DNA of 64,000 nucleotides, taken from assembly GCA_964016885.1 (NCBI GenBank), contig OZ024741.1, positions 239,010,001-239,074,000 on the forward strand, read 5' to 3'. Source of the DNA: Eledone cirrhosa (lineage: Eukaryota). The notes below the pieces were generated by a model. That model did no database searches, was not told the origin of the DNA, and worked only from the letters and a program-made list of their open reading frames with translations. Both the position numbers and the translations under genes were made by a program. Shown here in pieces: positions 1 to 14,587 of this stretch. Numbering within the stretch: the stretch's first letter is position 1; every line of letters begins with the position of its first letter.

Positions 1-2818
1 ACCCCCTTAACTTATTGTAGCACCCATTACAAAGGAATCTATTCTATCAGAAGCCTGTCACAATCAATATTTGCCCTGTGAAACCCACAGCCCTTTTGTT
101 AATGGCTTACTAAAGTTTACTGTATATGGCATAACCATTACCACCTTCATTGTTTTTATGTCTAAACACATATGTTGGCATGGGTTGAAGAGGACCTCTG
201 GGGGGGGGGGGGGGCACTGTTTTATAACTAGATACCTTTCCTGTTGCCAAACCTAACTTGCCTTTTTTTCATTCTAATTTAAATAACTTACTTGTTTCAC
301 TAAGTTTTTGGAATTATTGTCTCTGGAGGACATTAAATAAATGTCACTGGTTGCTCAATTATTGTTTATACAAAGGCATACAGAAACAAGCAAGCATACA
401 CACATGCATGTACATGCACATAAACATGCATACACTACCTCACCATACATTCCACACATACATTACATCTCACCACTCATGCACAACACACACACCACAT
501 CAGAGCATGCACACAGACACACACACCACACACACACCACATCACAGCATGCACACACACACACTACATACACACATACCAACATACCACACCACATGTG
601 CAACACACACCACACATGCACCAAATTACACATACCATACCACATACAAACATTTACAATGGGCTTCTGCACATTTTCCATCTACCAATTTCATTGATAA
701 AGTATTAGTCAACCCAAGGCTATAGGTGAAAATACTTGCCTAATGTGCCACACAGTAGAATCAAATCTAAAATTAAATGGTGGCAAAGCAAACTTCTTAA
801 ACCCACATCATAGATAAATTGATAAATTGATGCCTTGATCATAAATATATATTTTAAAATATTAAGGAAATGCCAGAAAACAAATGAAAGATTACTGTAA
901 TAACATTCAATCACTATAAATAATAGTTGAGAAAATCAGGTAAAATACCCTTAAAGACTGAAAAACAGGGGGCAGAAGCACGTTGATGGAATTGAACCTG
1001 TACCTTTTGAATATCACTCAGTGCTTCTGTCCACATTTTTCTGTCCCTAAGTTTATTTTACACAACCTTCCAAACTATTATTTATAGTGGTAGACTGTTA
1101 TTACAGTCCTTTTCTGTGTGGGACACCCACATTTTCAAATTTCTAATTCTCCCTCTGCTCTGTATAAATCACAATACAGGAAAGAGTTGTTGGTGGAATT
1201 GAAAGGAAGACCTTTAATATCTCACATAATGAAATGAAACAGAGAAGTTCAGATCTTGAGTCATGTTAGGAGCTCCACTTACACACACACACACATGCAT
1301 AGATGCTTGTATATACACACACACATGTGCATGCATACACACATGCACACACATACACATACACAAAAAAAAAATCTTTGTGATATTTTGTTAGGATAAA
1401 GAATTGAGAGATATTTGATCACAGAAGCAGTCTGTCAGCAGCTCTTCTCTCTGATTAATATGTATTACTATCTGTTTGCTGTCCACTGCACAGCACCATG
1501 TTAGAGAAATCATCACATATCCATTGAAGTTAACCATCTTTCTTCTATATCAATAACTTTCTATGATTTTTTGCATCAGTCTTCCTGCTCCATGGAATAT
1601 ACTTGTTTACCTGTCTTGCAAAGCTTATGTATGTGTAGAAATCAATAAGTTAGCTTTTCACTTGATAACACAAATGGGATTTTAGACAATGGATTCAACT
1701 CTTTGCATGCAGGATAGATTTATATTCATAATCCAGTGAACTTTTCTCCCACAGACTTAATTAAGTCGCATCACATGAAACTGGAAAACTTTCATAAGAT
1801 GGATACCAAAATCTTTGAAAAAAATTTAGCATGAATATAAAAAAAAATCTTGCCTGAAGGGATAAATGGTTATAGTGTGTTTTAAATTATTTAGCTTGAA
1901 AGACAAGTAAAAAATATATATATATAAAACTGTTTCTAAATAAAGTTAATGCTTCACCGACTAATTTATTTTTTCATAAAAATAATGTGAAAACCTAATA
2001 ACATCACCAATATTTGCAAATATCAAATTTAAAAACAGAAAATATATTTACAAGGTTTAGTTTATTGATTGTATATTGCATGGTGATTCAGTGTTTCTCT
2101 CTCCCTAGTGGTTGCTTGTTGTTGTTTAGCTTCAGGTCAGCCTTCACTTACCAGACCTAGGGTTAAATGCATTCCAGTCATGACTTACCATCCTGCATTT
2201 TTGTCAGGATTAGTGTATCTTGGACAACATATCTAATGTGTTCTCTCTTTTCTTTTCTTTTTTTAGATTGAAGAGTGTCATTTGATGGCAATTTGGCTGC
2301 TATTTCTTGCAAGTTGAATGATCATATAAAGATTCCCTTGTTTATCGTTTATGGGGTGTCAGTGTAGAAGAGGACTATAAAACAACCCGTTTCTCTGAGT
2401 AATCTTCCTATTAACAATTTGACAAGGAAATTAGTAATATAAGATGTATATTTATTATAAACAGCAATATATTCAGCATTTTGTCTTCTCTTGTCTTGTT
2501 TTACATCTAACTTTGTTATGATGGAGATAATTCTCCTTGCAGCTACAAATATTCTGTTGTCAATGAAAATATATTTTCCATAACAGCTAGAAGGCAACTT
2601 ATAAGACTTATCAAAATTAAGTTTTGTAAAAATAAAACAAAAAAATTGATTTTGAAAAATCAAAGAAGCGGATGAGAGTGGATACTGGTATGAAATGATA
2701 ATGGGCACCGCTGCCACCCACACACATACTTGTATGTGTGTATACATGTATATATATACACGTATGTATGTACGTATGTATGTATGTACACATGTATGTA
2801 CGTAAATATATATATAGA

Positions 2819-3149
2819 GAGGCACATGGCGTAGTGGTTAGAGCATTGGCCTTGCAATCGAAAGGTTGTGAGTTCAATCCTCAGACCGGGTGATGTGTTG
2901 TTTCCTTGAGCAAGACACTTTATTTCACATTGCTCCAGTTTACTCAGCTGTAGAAATGAGATGATAGGGACTGGGGTCCCTATCATTCCACTGCAAAGTG
3001 GTCGTGGAGGTGCCACGGCAAAAAAGCACCCAGCACTCACTGTAAATGAGGTTGGTGTTAGGAAGGGCATCCAGCTGTAGAAATCAAGCCAAAATCAGTT
3101 ACCGTCCCACCCTTGCAAGCAGGGTGAAAGCGGACGTAAAATGAAATGA

Positions 3150-3152
<3 letters not shown>
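2819..3152 (+). mobile_element. SINE family 1 (tRNA-like head, CCTTGAGCAAGACACTT core, RTE-type tail ending in ATG repeats)
   Basis: A box TGGCGTAGTGG and B box GAGTTCAATCC. Near-identical to four other copies in the window. Confidence 0.9.
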
Positions 3153-3212
<60 letters not shown>

Positions 3213-3220
3213 CACATATT

Positions 3221-4405
3221 GTCATTGTACAACTGATTAGGGATTGAAATAACCTAGATGAGATGCAGCTCAGATTTGTGTCTGGTAAAAGTAACACAGA
3301 TGCCTTCTTCCTTGTGAGGCAACTGCAGGAGAAATACCTAGTTAAAAGTAAACCCCGCTACTTAGCATTTGTTGACCTGGAGAAAGTTTTTGACAGGGTT
3401 CCCCATTCTGTAATCTGATCAACACGTAAGAAACTAGGTGCAGATGAGTGGCTCGTGAGGGCAGTACAAACCATGTACAGAAATGCAGTCAGCAAGGTTA
3501 AAATTAATGACTATAGTGAGGAGTTTAGTGTGAAAGCACTCTGTCCTTAGTCTTCTCCTGTTTATTATCATCCTCCAGGCTATAAGAGAAGAGTTTAAAA
3601 CAAGTTTCTCTTGAGAATTCCTGTATGCTAATGATCTAACTCCATACTTGAATCTATGGCAGAAATAGAGAAAACATTTATGACATGAAAGTATAATATG
3701 GAATCAAAAGGTCTTAAAGTCAACTTAGCAAAGACTAAAGTCCTAGTAAGTAAAAAGGAAAACAAAGCCTTGATCCCTTCATGGAAATGGCCCTGTTCTG
3801 TGTGTAAGAAGGGGGGGGGCTATCCTCTGTCTCAAATGCAAATTAAGGGCACACAAGAGATGTAGCAGGATCTCAGCAGGCTAGCAAAGAATGTAGGTTT
3901 TACATGTGGTCAATGTACAGTAGCAGAGCAAGCAACAAGCGCTTGCAGAAAACAAGCTCTAGCAAATTCTTAGAAGGGTTTGTAGAAACAGTAGGCAGCT
4001 TCTGTTACCTGGGTGACCAAATTAGCAGGGAAGGCAGGTGTTCTGAAAGTACAGTAGCCAGAGTGAGAACTGGATTGAGAAAGTTTGGGGAGCTACTGTT
4101 GCTGCTAGCTACAAAAGGTTTTCCCCTCAAAAGGAAGAGCAAATTGTATGATACATGTATATGAACAGCAATGCTGTATAGTAGTGAGATCTAGGCATTA
4201 TGTGCAGAAAATCTATAAAAATTGGAAAGAAATGAAGCTTGCAGGCTCCAATGGATGTGTGATAGTAATATACATGAACAGCAGAGTGTAAATGAACTGA
4301 GAGAGAAACTGAGCATAAGAGGGATCAGATGCAGTGTACAGGAAAGGAGATTACGGTGGTATGGACATGTGTTGCATATGAAGGATGACAACTGTGTAAA
4401 AAGAG
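3221..4405 (+). mobile_element. RTE-clade LINE fragment, decayed reverse transcriptase
   Basis: Translates to DEMQ.RFVSGK..TDAFFLVRQLQEKY...LAFVDLEK.FDRVP, then FCYLGD and RLRWYGHV, with stops and frameshifts. Confidence 0.9.
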
Positions 4406-6260
4406 GCAGGGTGCTTCAAGAATGTCGTCTGGCTGGCCAAGTCTGATGCTGAGAAAGAGGTGTTTGCTGATATCTCCCCTTCTGGTGATGGCATCTTCCG
4501 TCTTGCCAAACAAATGGATCGCTCTAACCAGGATGTTGTTGGCGAAAAGTGTGTTAAAAATGATGCTGGTGAGTTGTCTCTCAGTGATGAGGAAAAGATG
4601 AAGGCATGGATGGAGCATTATTCAAAGCCCTTAAATGTTGAGTTTGATTGGCCAAGGGACTCACTTCCTGAGGTGGCTCCAGTTGCTGGTCCCCCTCCCA
4701 GTGTGTCGCCTGAGTTGATGAGGCAGCTAGCAGAAACAGTCTTCAGTGAAGTACCATTCCTAAAGACTGGGAGGAGAGCTTCATCCTGAACCTTTACAAA
4801 GGCAAGGGGGAAGGCCCTCAAGCGTGGCAACTAGCATGGACTCAAGCTTACCAATCAAGTAATGAAGCTGCTCGAGCATGTGTTAGATTCCTATATTCGC
4901 AAGAGTGAACATCAATGAAATGCAATTTGGCTTTGTGCCTGGTAGAGGCACCTCACATGCCATTTTCATTGCCCACCAACTTCAAGGGAAGTACATTGCT
5001 GCCAAGAAACCTCTCTTCTTTGCATTTGTCGACCTTGAGAAAGCTTTCGACCATGTGCCAAGGAAAGTACTCTGGTGGGCAATGAGAAGTCTAGGCATGG
5101 AGGAGTAGGCTGTCTGTATCATCCAGGGCATGTACACAAACACCAGGAGTCATGTTTGTGTCAATGGACATTACAGCGAAGAGTTTGGTATGGGAGTTGG
5201 AGTCCATCAGGGCTCAGTACTCAGTCCACTCCTCTTCATCCTGGTGCTGGAGGTACTGTCATGGGAGTTCCACACTGGTGTCCCATGGTAGCTGCTGTAT
5301 GCTGACGATCTCATGGCCATTTCCAACTCTCTTGGGGTTGCATCTCCAAACTGCAATCATGGAAAACTGGCATGGAAAGAAAAGGTCTTTGTATCAATAT
5401 GAAGAAGACAAAGTTCCTGATCTCTGGTATTGGTCTTGGCCCCCTCAAAGATTCTGGTGAATTCTCCTGTGCTGTCTGTCACAGTGGTGTGAGCACAAAC
5501 TCTATCAAATACTCTCAATGCAAGCTATGGGTCCATAAGAGGTGCAATGGTATCACTGGGAAACTAGTTGCTGATCCAGAGTACATTTGTTGTAAGTGCC
5601 GAGGTGTTGCCCGCCCAGTGGATGGTCGATCTGATATGCATGTGGATATGGATGGCACATTACTTGGTATTGAAGGCACCTTCTGCTACCTGGGTGACAT
5701 GATCTGTGCTGGTGGAGGTTGTGAACATGCTGTTGCTTCTCGCATGCAAGGGGAAAATTTGGAAAGCTGTTGCCCATCCTCACTCAAGGTTCGTGGCAAA
5801 GTGTTTTCTGCTTGTGTTCGCTCCACCATGCTTTATGGCAGTGAGACATGGGCTCCGAATGCCTCAGATCTGCAACGGCTCAATGATCGTGCCATGATTA
5901 GGTGGAACTGTGGCGCCAAATTCAAAGATGAGACCCCTTCGACTGTGCTCCACCAGAAGCTGGGTGTGGTTGAGATCACTGCTGTCTCCATTGGTATGGA
6001 CATGTACAGCGAGCCACGACATGCATCAATTCCATCACTCACTTGGCAATCCCTGGCACTAGAGATCGTGGCAGACCAAGGAAGACGTGGTTGGCGTTCT
6101 TGAAGAGTGATTTGTATAAATGGAACTTCATCGATGTCGATACTATGGACAGAAATTCATGGAGAGCGGCTGTGAGACAATGCCTGATGTTGCCTACCTC
6201 AGTGTCCGGGACAACCACAGCACCCTAAAGACCAAAACTGGATATGGATGGATGGGTGGA
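4406..6260 (+). mobile_element. Second RTE-clade LINE, 5'-truncated and decayed, with PHD-like Zn finger and (TGGA)n tail
   Basis: Motifs INEMQFGFVPGRGT, FVDLEKAFD, CAVC..C..WVHKRC, FCYLGD, MLYGSETW and RGRPRKTW. Ends in ggatggatgg. Confidence 0.92.
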
Positions 6261-6963
6261 TTTATATATATATGTATGTATATATATATATATATATATA
6301 TTGAAAGATAGAGATAGTTCAGAGCACTACATATAGAATAGTTTGATTTCTAAAAATTACTTAAATAATGCTTTCTAACATTGATATAAAACCACACATG
6401 TATAGTAGAGGATTATGAGCTCCTTAGAGCTGGTACTTAGAAGAATTAAAAGAAAAGTCAGCCCTTGTGAGATATGAATTCAGAATATAGAGACAAAAAC
6501 TAAACACCACATTGAGCATTTAGTTCAGTGCTGTACAGCTTCCAACATCTACTGCCTTAGAATTTACTAAAATAGTAATAATTTCTAACAGAGGCATAAG
6601 GCCAGAAATTTTGGAGAGCGGTGTTAGTCAATCAAATCAACTCACTACATGACTTCTACTTTATTTTATCAACTACTGACGAGTAAAAGGTAAAGTTAAC
6701 CTTGGTGGGATTTGAGCTTTCAATGGAAAAAGCTGGGACAAATACCACAAGGTGTTGTATTTGAGGATTTAATGATTCTGCCAATCCACCATCAAAATAT
6801 TTCTAAACATACAAAACATTTATAATTGATGCTAACAGCAATGATCATAACTGAAGTAATGAGAGTTGTTGAAAGGTTACACCTTAAGTCTGAGACTAAA
6901 GATAAATTAGTTAATTAGGATTGAAGGGAAACTAGATAGAGATAATGTAATATTTCTAATTAC

Positions 6964-7114
6964 CTGACATTGCAGGTATTTCTTCATAAAGTCCATTATG
7001 CTGCTCATCCAAAGTAAGGCGACTGTCTCTCAGAGTTGACATTGTATCACTGAGATAGTTAGGAATCATAACAGGGTCATCACTAGATGTCACCACTATT
7101 GGCTGACTGTACTT
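6964..7114 (-). CDS. Isolated internal coding exon of an unidentified host gene (KYSQPIVVTSSDDPVMIPNYLSDTMSTLRDSRLTLDEQHNGLYEEIPAMS)
   Basis: On the minus strand: T-rich acceptor tttttttgtcaacag| and donor CAG|gtaatt around a 151-nt open, non-repetitive frame. Contains a YEEI tyrosine motif. Confidence 0.7.
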
Positions 7115-7172
7115 CTGTTGACAAAAAAATGCACAATTATCAAACACTATCAAGCAAGTTTGACTAGAATAT

Positions 7173-7404
7173 TTAACCCTTTTGATATCAACCCACATGA
7201 AACCACCCTTGATTCTATGATGCAAAACTGTTTGTTTTAAAAGTGTTTATATTTATCTAAAAATCTTCCATCATAATTTCATGTAAGAACCTTTGTTGAG
7301 TTATGTTCCAAATACTAGCTTGAGAATGATTATTGATTATTTTCAAAATTATTTGAATATCATAAGCAGAATGTTTCCATAGAAATATGGTAACAGATGA
7401 GTTA
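7173..7404. mobile_element. piggyBac-like MITE (TTAA-CCCTTT termini); related copies near 7508-7745, 35028-35767, 42625-42798 and 52411-52530
   Basis: Termini ttaacccttt...(aaag)ggttaa. Internal sequence is shared among the copies. Confidence 0.55.
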
Positions 7405-7879
7405 ACCATCGCTAATGAATATGAAGAATTAAATTCTACATGTTTTCCTTTGTTTGTTCTGTTCAGGAAAATATTGACATGAGAAGGTTGGGCATTTTAA
7501 TAAAGGTTTAACCTTGTGATATCAATCCATGCTCAAGATCACCTCTGATTTTGTTTGAAAGTGATTATGTTTAAATTAAACCTTTCAATCATGTAAGAAC
7601 CTTTTTTGTTAAGATATCTTCATAACATTGGTTTAATAATGAGCAAGTTATTATATTAAATTCTTCCAAATTCTTCATTATTTTCAAAATTAATTGAAAC
7701 ACATTGCTAGTGTATTTCATTTGAAATATGTTCAGGAATGGGTTAGCATAAAAAAAGTTGTCACCTTAGAGAATATGGTAACCTGCCAAAATGAAGAAGA
7801 AACATAATCTTTTAAAAACCAGATTAAATATTTCTAAAATGCCCTTAATGTCAATGTATCCCACAATGCCATACTCTGC

Positions 7880-9346
7880 TCCCACGCCTTCCTGGCCAGT
7901 GCTTGGCTGACCTCCAAGGACACTGCATGCATTCTCAGCTCCCCCATTTTCACGAAAGTTATAAGAGAATGCCTGGAGACCAAGCTTGCGGATTTGTCCC
8001 ACGCTCTTCCTCTTGAGGAACTGTTTCACCTTCCCCAAACTCACATTCACACTGCACAGTGCACCTTGCCACCCCCATGCAGATCTTCTTGTGGAATTTG
8101 ATGCCACCATTTGACACAATGTGGAACTCATCTGCAATGTCAGTTTCAACAGTGCAGGCTGGCAACAGGTGACACAGCAAGGTTCAGTGGCCTCGGCCTC
8201 TGATCAGCTTTGGACCTAGCTTTACCTGTCTATCTCTCCTCTATCTCCTCCTATTGCGATCTCATCAGCGAGGTTCTCAGCCAAATGGCTGAACCTGACC
8301 TGGCCTCTAAGATGGAACAGGCTTTGGTCTACTGGATGGGTGAAGCCTCTCTATCCCCCAGTATATCACGGTCCAATGTAACTGGGACGACATCAATTGC
8401 AGTTCCTCTGTCAGGCGGTCGAGTCTGGCTTGGACCAACACCGCCTTGCCTGCCTCCACTTCACTTCTCAGCCAAGCAGTGGCGTGTGGCTCAATTCAAT
8501 GCTCCCCTCATCAACCAGTGCCCTTCTTGATGATGAGTGCACTTGCCTTCGCGTGTGTGAGCCACATAAATGCCACTGTGGAGCAGTAATTGACAAGTTC
8601 AGCCTGCACCCACTGTCTTGCCGCCAGAGCATAGGCCAGTTCCCCTGACGCGCCACTCTCAATGACATATTGAAAAGAAACCTGAACGCAGCTGGCTTTC
8701 TATCTCAACTGGAGCTACCAGGCCTAGACCGTGGAGATGGCAAGCACCCAATGGAATCACCCTCATCCCATTCGAAGGAAGTAGATCCCTCATCTGGGAC
8801 TCCACCTGCTGCGGCACATTCTTCACCTCCAACTTGGTCACTCGGCCACAAACCCCAGCGCCACAGCCCACCTTGCAGAAGAACATAAAATAAACAAATA
8901 CCAGGGTTTTTCAGGCTGCTTCCTCTCTGCACCGGTCTCCATCGAGACCTCAGGCATACTTGGATCCCCGTACTGCCGAGCTCCTCTGCAAGATCAGAGC
9001 ATCGGTGGCCTGTCAGATGAGGGATCCCCACAAGGTTGGGTGGCTGTTTCAGCTGGTGTCAATGGCCATCGTCCAGGGGAATGCTTTAGTCATCTTGTCA
9101 GCAGGGCGCAGCACTTCACTCTCTTGCCCTAGGCCCAAAGCCTAATCACCCTCCCTCTTCACCCCTCCCCTCTCTTCGGCAACATGAGAGCTCTTGCCAT
9201 CCTCCCCTTCACGATCCTTTTTCTTCTTTCTTTCTCTCCTTCTTTTTTTTCTTTTTTTTCTATATTTCCCTATTCTTTCTTTCCTTTCCCTTCTTTTTTA
9301 TTATTTCTATATTGAAAATAAACATGTTTTAAACTAAAAAAAAAAA
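7880..9346 (+). mobile_element. CRE-clade non-LTR retrotransposon 3' portion with restriction-like endonuclease, decayed
   Basis: Motifs ALFLLRNCF.FPKL, CCHC knuckle (CHCGAVIDKFSLHPLSC), RH, DGKHP(D)G..LIWD.T, PVSIET.G and SMAIVQGNA. AATAAA followed by an A-run at about 9338-9346. Confidence 0.85.
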
Positions 9347-9389
9347 GTTTCTTTCAGGTAATTAACAAACTCATCATAGAAAATTACCC

Positions 9390-9574
9390 TGGATTGGCAG
9401 TATCGGTAGAGGGTTGGACGCCATGCTTTCCAGCATAGTTATGTTTCTTTACGGTCTGAGTTCAAATCCTGTCGAGGTTAACTTTGCCTTTCATCCTTAT
9501 GGGGTCGACAAAATAAAGTACCAGTAATGCACTGAGGTAATTGCTGGCCTTGTGCCAATAGTAGAAACAATTAT
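9390..9574 (+). mobile_element. SINE family 2 (GCCTTTCATCCTTACGGGGTCGATAAAATAAAGTACCAG central domain)
   Basis: B box GAGTTCAAATCC. Many close copies occur in the window. Confidence 0.85.
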
Positions 9575-11734
9575 TTTCTGCCTCTATAGACATCAACTTT
9601 GCCTTTAATATCTCGTCAATAAAATATATACCAGTGGTATACTGCAGATCAATTCAATCGACTCTCTTGGTAATATGTGAAGTTGTTACTGTAACAAAGT
9701 TCTATATTGGACCATGACAGTAGATACATATTTTAAAATGTTGAGAGGTCTTCACTTCTCAAAGGAGATTAGTAGTCAGATTTCAATTCCACTATTTCTA
9801 TCTGTTATTTTTTTTTTTTTTTTTTTGGTGGGGTGGAGTCTTCCACTGTTTAGTCAAAGAAGGAATGTCAGCACCTATGATTCTTCTCAGAACCTTTAAG
9901 ATTGATGAGATGAAGGGAGGCAGTTATCCTCATACTGAAGACTTCAACGAGATGCTCAAAACAAAGTGGGCTCATCTTAACACACCCAAAAACCAAGGGG
10001 TGATGATAAATCTGACAGTGAATTAATTTTACCACCCAAGTTTGATGGTCTTCTCGGTGTTACAATAGAAATATCATTAACTTCCTTCACAGTTCCTGAA
10101 TTTCTCAGTTCTATGACCAAGTTCCAATGCTTTTCAATTATATTCTTTTGCTGTCACATTGAATTTACTAGCAAATAGTAGAGCAACATTTATGGTTATT
10201 TGCTGTCTTTATTACAATTGTCATATATGGTCTCTGGACCATTATTATATGATCAGTTTATACATAAAAACTATAAGATCTTACTATAAACCTGATGGGA
10301 AGATCCAGAGAAATTTCTGCTTGATGATAGTATCATGTTTCAATACTTTTAAACACAAATTTCTTGTTTTTTATTTATTTATTTATTTTTGTATCATCTT
10401 GTTATATTTGCACTTCAAACCATTGACAATTTCATCTACTTTGATTCACATTCAAAGCATAACTTGATGGTTTCTTTTATTGCTTAAAACAATTTGTTCT
10501 CATTGCTTACTCTTATACAGCCATAACATTTTTGTTTTCCTCTTTAATATTTTATCTTTTAGCCGAGTTCACTATGTCTGCTGGTTATTTGACAATTTAC
10601 CCTTCCAGACTCCTTTCTCCTTTTTTATATCCTCTCACTTGATATGCCACTCTAGATTCGGATGAAGCTTCTCTAAAGTTCGTATTTTAATGACTGTGAA
10701 AGCTGTCACTTGAGTATGTGTTTATAAATATTTAGTGTTGTTAAAGAGGGTCAAAATCCATATCTTCTGGTTAATTTTTTATCTCCTCTCAATAGAATTT
10801 TCTTAAATATTTAAGTGCTTTCTAGCAAAACTTATAAGTTTGAGTGAGAATGGTAACAATAAATTGAGCCCCTAGTTTACATACTGGTTGATTTAGAGAA
10901 ATGGTCATCAGCTGGAAAGGAGAACAAGTTAGGTTTTAGGATGTTCTGATGGTTTGAAAGTGGCTACACCTTTTGATTTTGGAATTCATTAATTTTTAGA
11001 AAATGTAGGAACCCCAAATGCAGAAAGGACTATAATAACAGTTGATCACTATAAATGATAACCTAGAAAATAAGCTATTATCTATTGCAATCAACTGTTA
11101 TTACTTTCCTGAATTTGGGATTCCATCATTTTTTTAAAAGAATTCCATATTACCCAGCACTTCAACAGTTTATACAGAATGTCAATACTTTATATATTTA
11201 ATATTGTATATATTCCAGTTTTCAGAATAGGTATTTCATATTCATTCATGTTAGAAAAGTTGACTAAAAGTTGACTAAAGGCACTCAGATATAAAACTCT
11301 GCCTTAAAAAGTCTTATCCAGCTGGGAAAATTTGATATAAATGTGATGAGGATGATGATGATAGCAACTTCATTCATTTTTTTTTAATGTAATGTCTTTT
11401 TCTTCTAATGTTGTGCTCTTCTAGACAATCATTTACATCATCATTATCAATTTTATTCTTCCCTTTTATCCTTAAGTTTGATTCTCTATACCTAATGGTG
11501 GGAGTTTTAAATTTACTTCAATATAATAGTAATTAGTTCTTTAAGGTTTATTGCTCGATAAGGCAAAAATGTCCTCAGCCTGTCTCCATGTGGATAGGAT
11601 GAAGTTAATTCAAATAAATAACTCAATCTATTTTTAGGTTTGTATGTAAATTATTTCTACCCCCAGGTTTTAATATATATTCTTCTACTTGAATTATTTT
11701 GGATAAGTTTTATTTTCTCTCCATTTAAGTAAAG

Positions 11735-13525
11735 CTGAGTAAATAGTGAACAACACTACCACTTATACTGTGGTTAACACTGGTTAGTAAACAGTAAACA
11801 ACACTACCACTTATAGTGTGGTTAACACTGGTTAGTAAACAGTAAACAACACTACCACTTATAGTGTGGTTAACACTGGTTAGTAAACAGTAAACAACAC
11901 TACCACTTATAGTGTGGTTAACACTGGTTAGTAAACAGTAAACAACACTACCATTTATAGTGTGGTTAACAACAATGGTTAGTAAACAGTAAACACTAAC
12001 TACCACTTATAGTGTGGTTAACAACAATGGTTAGTAAACACTAATAAACAACACTACCACTTATAGTGTGGTTAACAACAATGGTTAGTAAACAGTAAAC
12101 AACACTACCACTTATAGTGTGGTTAACAACAATGGTTAGTAAACAGTAAACAACACTACCACTTATAGTGTGGTTAACAACAATGGTTAGTAAACAGTAA
12201 ACAACACTACCACTTATACTGTGGTTAACAACAATGGTTAGTAAACAGTAAACAACACTACCACTTATACTGTGGTTAACAACAATGGTTAGTAAACAGT
12301 AAACAACACTACCACTTATAGTGTGGTTAACAACAATGGTTAGTAAACAATGAACAACACTACTACTTATACTGTGGTTAACAATGGTTAGTAAACAGTA
12401 AACAACACTACCACTTATACTGTGGTTAACAATGGTTAGTGAACAATGAACAACACTACCACTTATACTGTGGTTAACAATGGTTAGTGAACAATGAACA
12501 ACACTACCACTTATACTGTGGTTAACAATGGTTAGTGAACAATGAACAACACTACCACTTATACTGTGGTTAACAATGGTTAGTGAACAATGAACAACAC
12601 TACCACTTATACTGTGGTTAACAATGGTTAGTGAACAATGAACAACACTACCACTTATACTGTGGTTAACAATGGTTAGTAAACAATGAACAACACTACC
12701 ACTTATACTGTGGTTAACAATGGTTAGTGAACAATGAACAACACTACCACTTATACTGTGGTTAACAATGGTTCGTGAACAATGAACAACACTACCACTT
12801 ATACTGTGGTTAACAATGGTTAGTGAACAATGAACAACACTACCACTTATACTGTGGTTAACAATGGTTAGTGAACAATGAACAACACTACCACTTATAC
12901 TGTGGTTAACAATGGTTAGTGAACAATGAACAACACTACCACTTATACTGTGGTTAGCAATGGTTAGTGAACAATGAACAACACTACCACTTATACTGTG
13001 GTTAGCAATGGTTAGTGAACAATGAACAACACTACCACTTATACTGTGGTTAACAATGGTTAGTGAACAATGAACAACACTACCACTTATACTGTGGTTA
13101 ACAATGGTTAGTGAACAATGAACAACACTACCACTTATACTGTGGTTAACAATGGTTAGTGAACAATGAACAACACTACCACTTATACTGTGGTTAACAA
13201 TGGTTAGTGAACAATGAACAACACTACCACTTATACTGTGGTTAACAATGGTTAGTGAACAATGAACAACACTACCACTTATACTGTGGTTAACAACAAT
13301 GGTTAGTGAACAATGAACAACACTACCACTTATACTGTGGTTAACAATGGTTAGTAAACAGTGAACAACACTACCACTTATACTGTGGTTAACAACAATG
13401 GTTAGTGAACAATGAACAACACTACCACTTATACTGTGGTTAACAATGGTTAGTAAACAGTGAACAACACTACCACTTATACTGTGGTTAACAATGGTTA
13501 GTGAACAATGAACAACACTACCACA
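11735..13525. repeat. 48/51-bp minisatellite, roughly 36 copies
   Basis: Unit ttagtgaacaatgaacaacactaccacttatactgtggttaac(aac)aatgg in direct tandem with no spacers. Confidence 0.97.
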
Positions 13526-13600
13526 ACAATTTCAGTGAATAGTGAACAACACTGACAGAAAATAAAATAAATTTGAAAAAGAAATGTTTTCACACACAAG

Positions 13601-13665
<65 letters not shown>

Positions 13666-14523
13666 ATGCACGTGGGCATTGAACCTCTGTTAGTTTCAAC
13701 AAGTGTTCTAATTGTTTAATCAATGGAATTAGCTGCTTTGAAATTAGCAGACAAGTGCCTCAGCATTCCATATACACATGTACATTTAACTTAGTTCTCA
13801 GGGAGATTCAGTATGATACAATGTGTAGAAAGACTGGCCCTTTGAATTACATGAATAACTATTTTTGCCATTTGAATTAACTGGGGCAACATGAAATAAG
13901 CTGTCTTGCTTAAGAACACTAGGAATCAAACTCATGGCCTTATGATTGTGAGCTGAATACACTAACCATTAAGCCACCTGCTTTCACTTACATACAAACA
14001 ACAATCACACACACATAGTAATCACATTCACACCCACACACACAGCAATAAACACACGCACAAACATACATGCCTTCACGTTAAATAGCTAACAAAAATA
14101 AGTAGCAAAGATTCTATTTATCCTTTTTTATACATGTTTACCTATATTAGTTTGAATTAGACGTGAAACCAATATCCAATGTTTTACCATTTGATGTCTT
14201 CTCTAAAATTATCCATTCTATTATGAAGTCAGATGAATACTCTCAAGTTAAATATATTGAGACTACTAAAGTATGACTGTTTTTTTTTAATACAACACAA
14301 TATCTGCTGGCATATTTGTGTCCACGAACCATTAACCATTTATGCACACCCAGACACATCAAGTACATTATGTTCAAATGATATATATATATATCTATAT
14401 ATATACATATTTTTAAATATATATACATGCACACACACACACATACATATATATATATAGCAGGGAAAAGCGGACATAAAATGATGATGATGTATGTATA
14501 TATACATATATATATATATACAT

Positions 14524-14587
<64 letters not shown>

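Noticed and set aside
2819-2890. tRNA gene
   Set aside because: It is the tRNA-derived head of a multicopy SINE and has no proper acceptor stem.
11735-13525. CRISPR-like array
   Set aside because: There are no unique spacers and no cas genes, and the context is eukaryotic.
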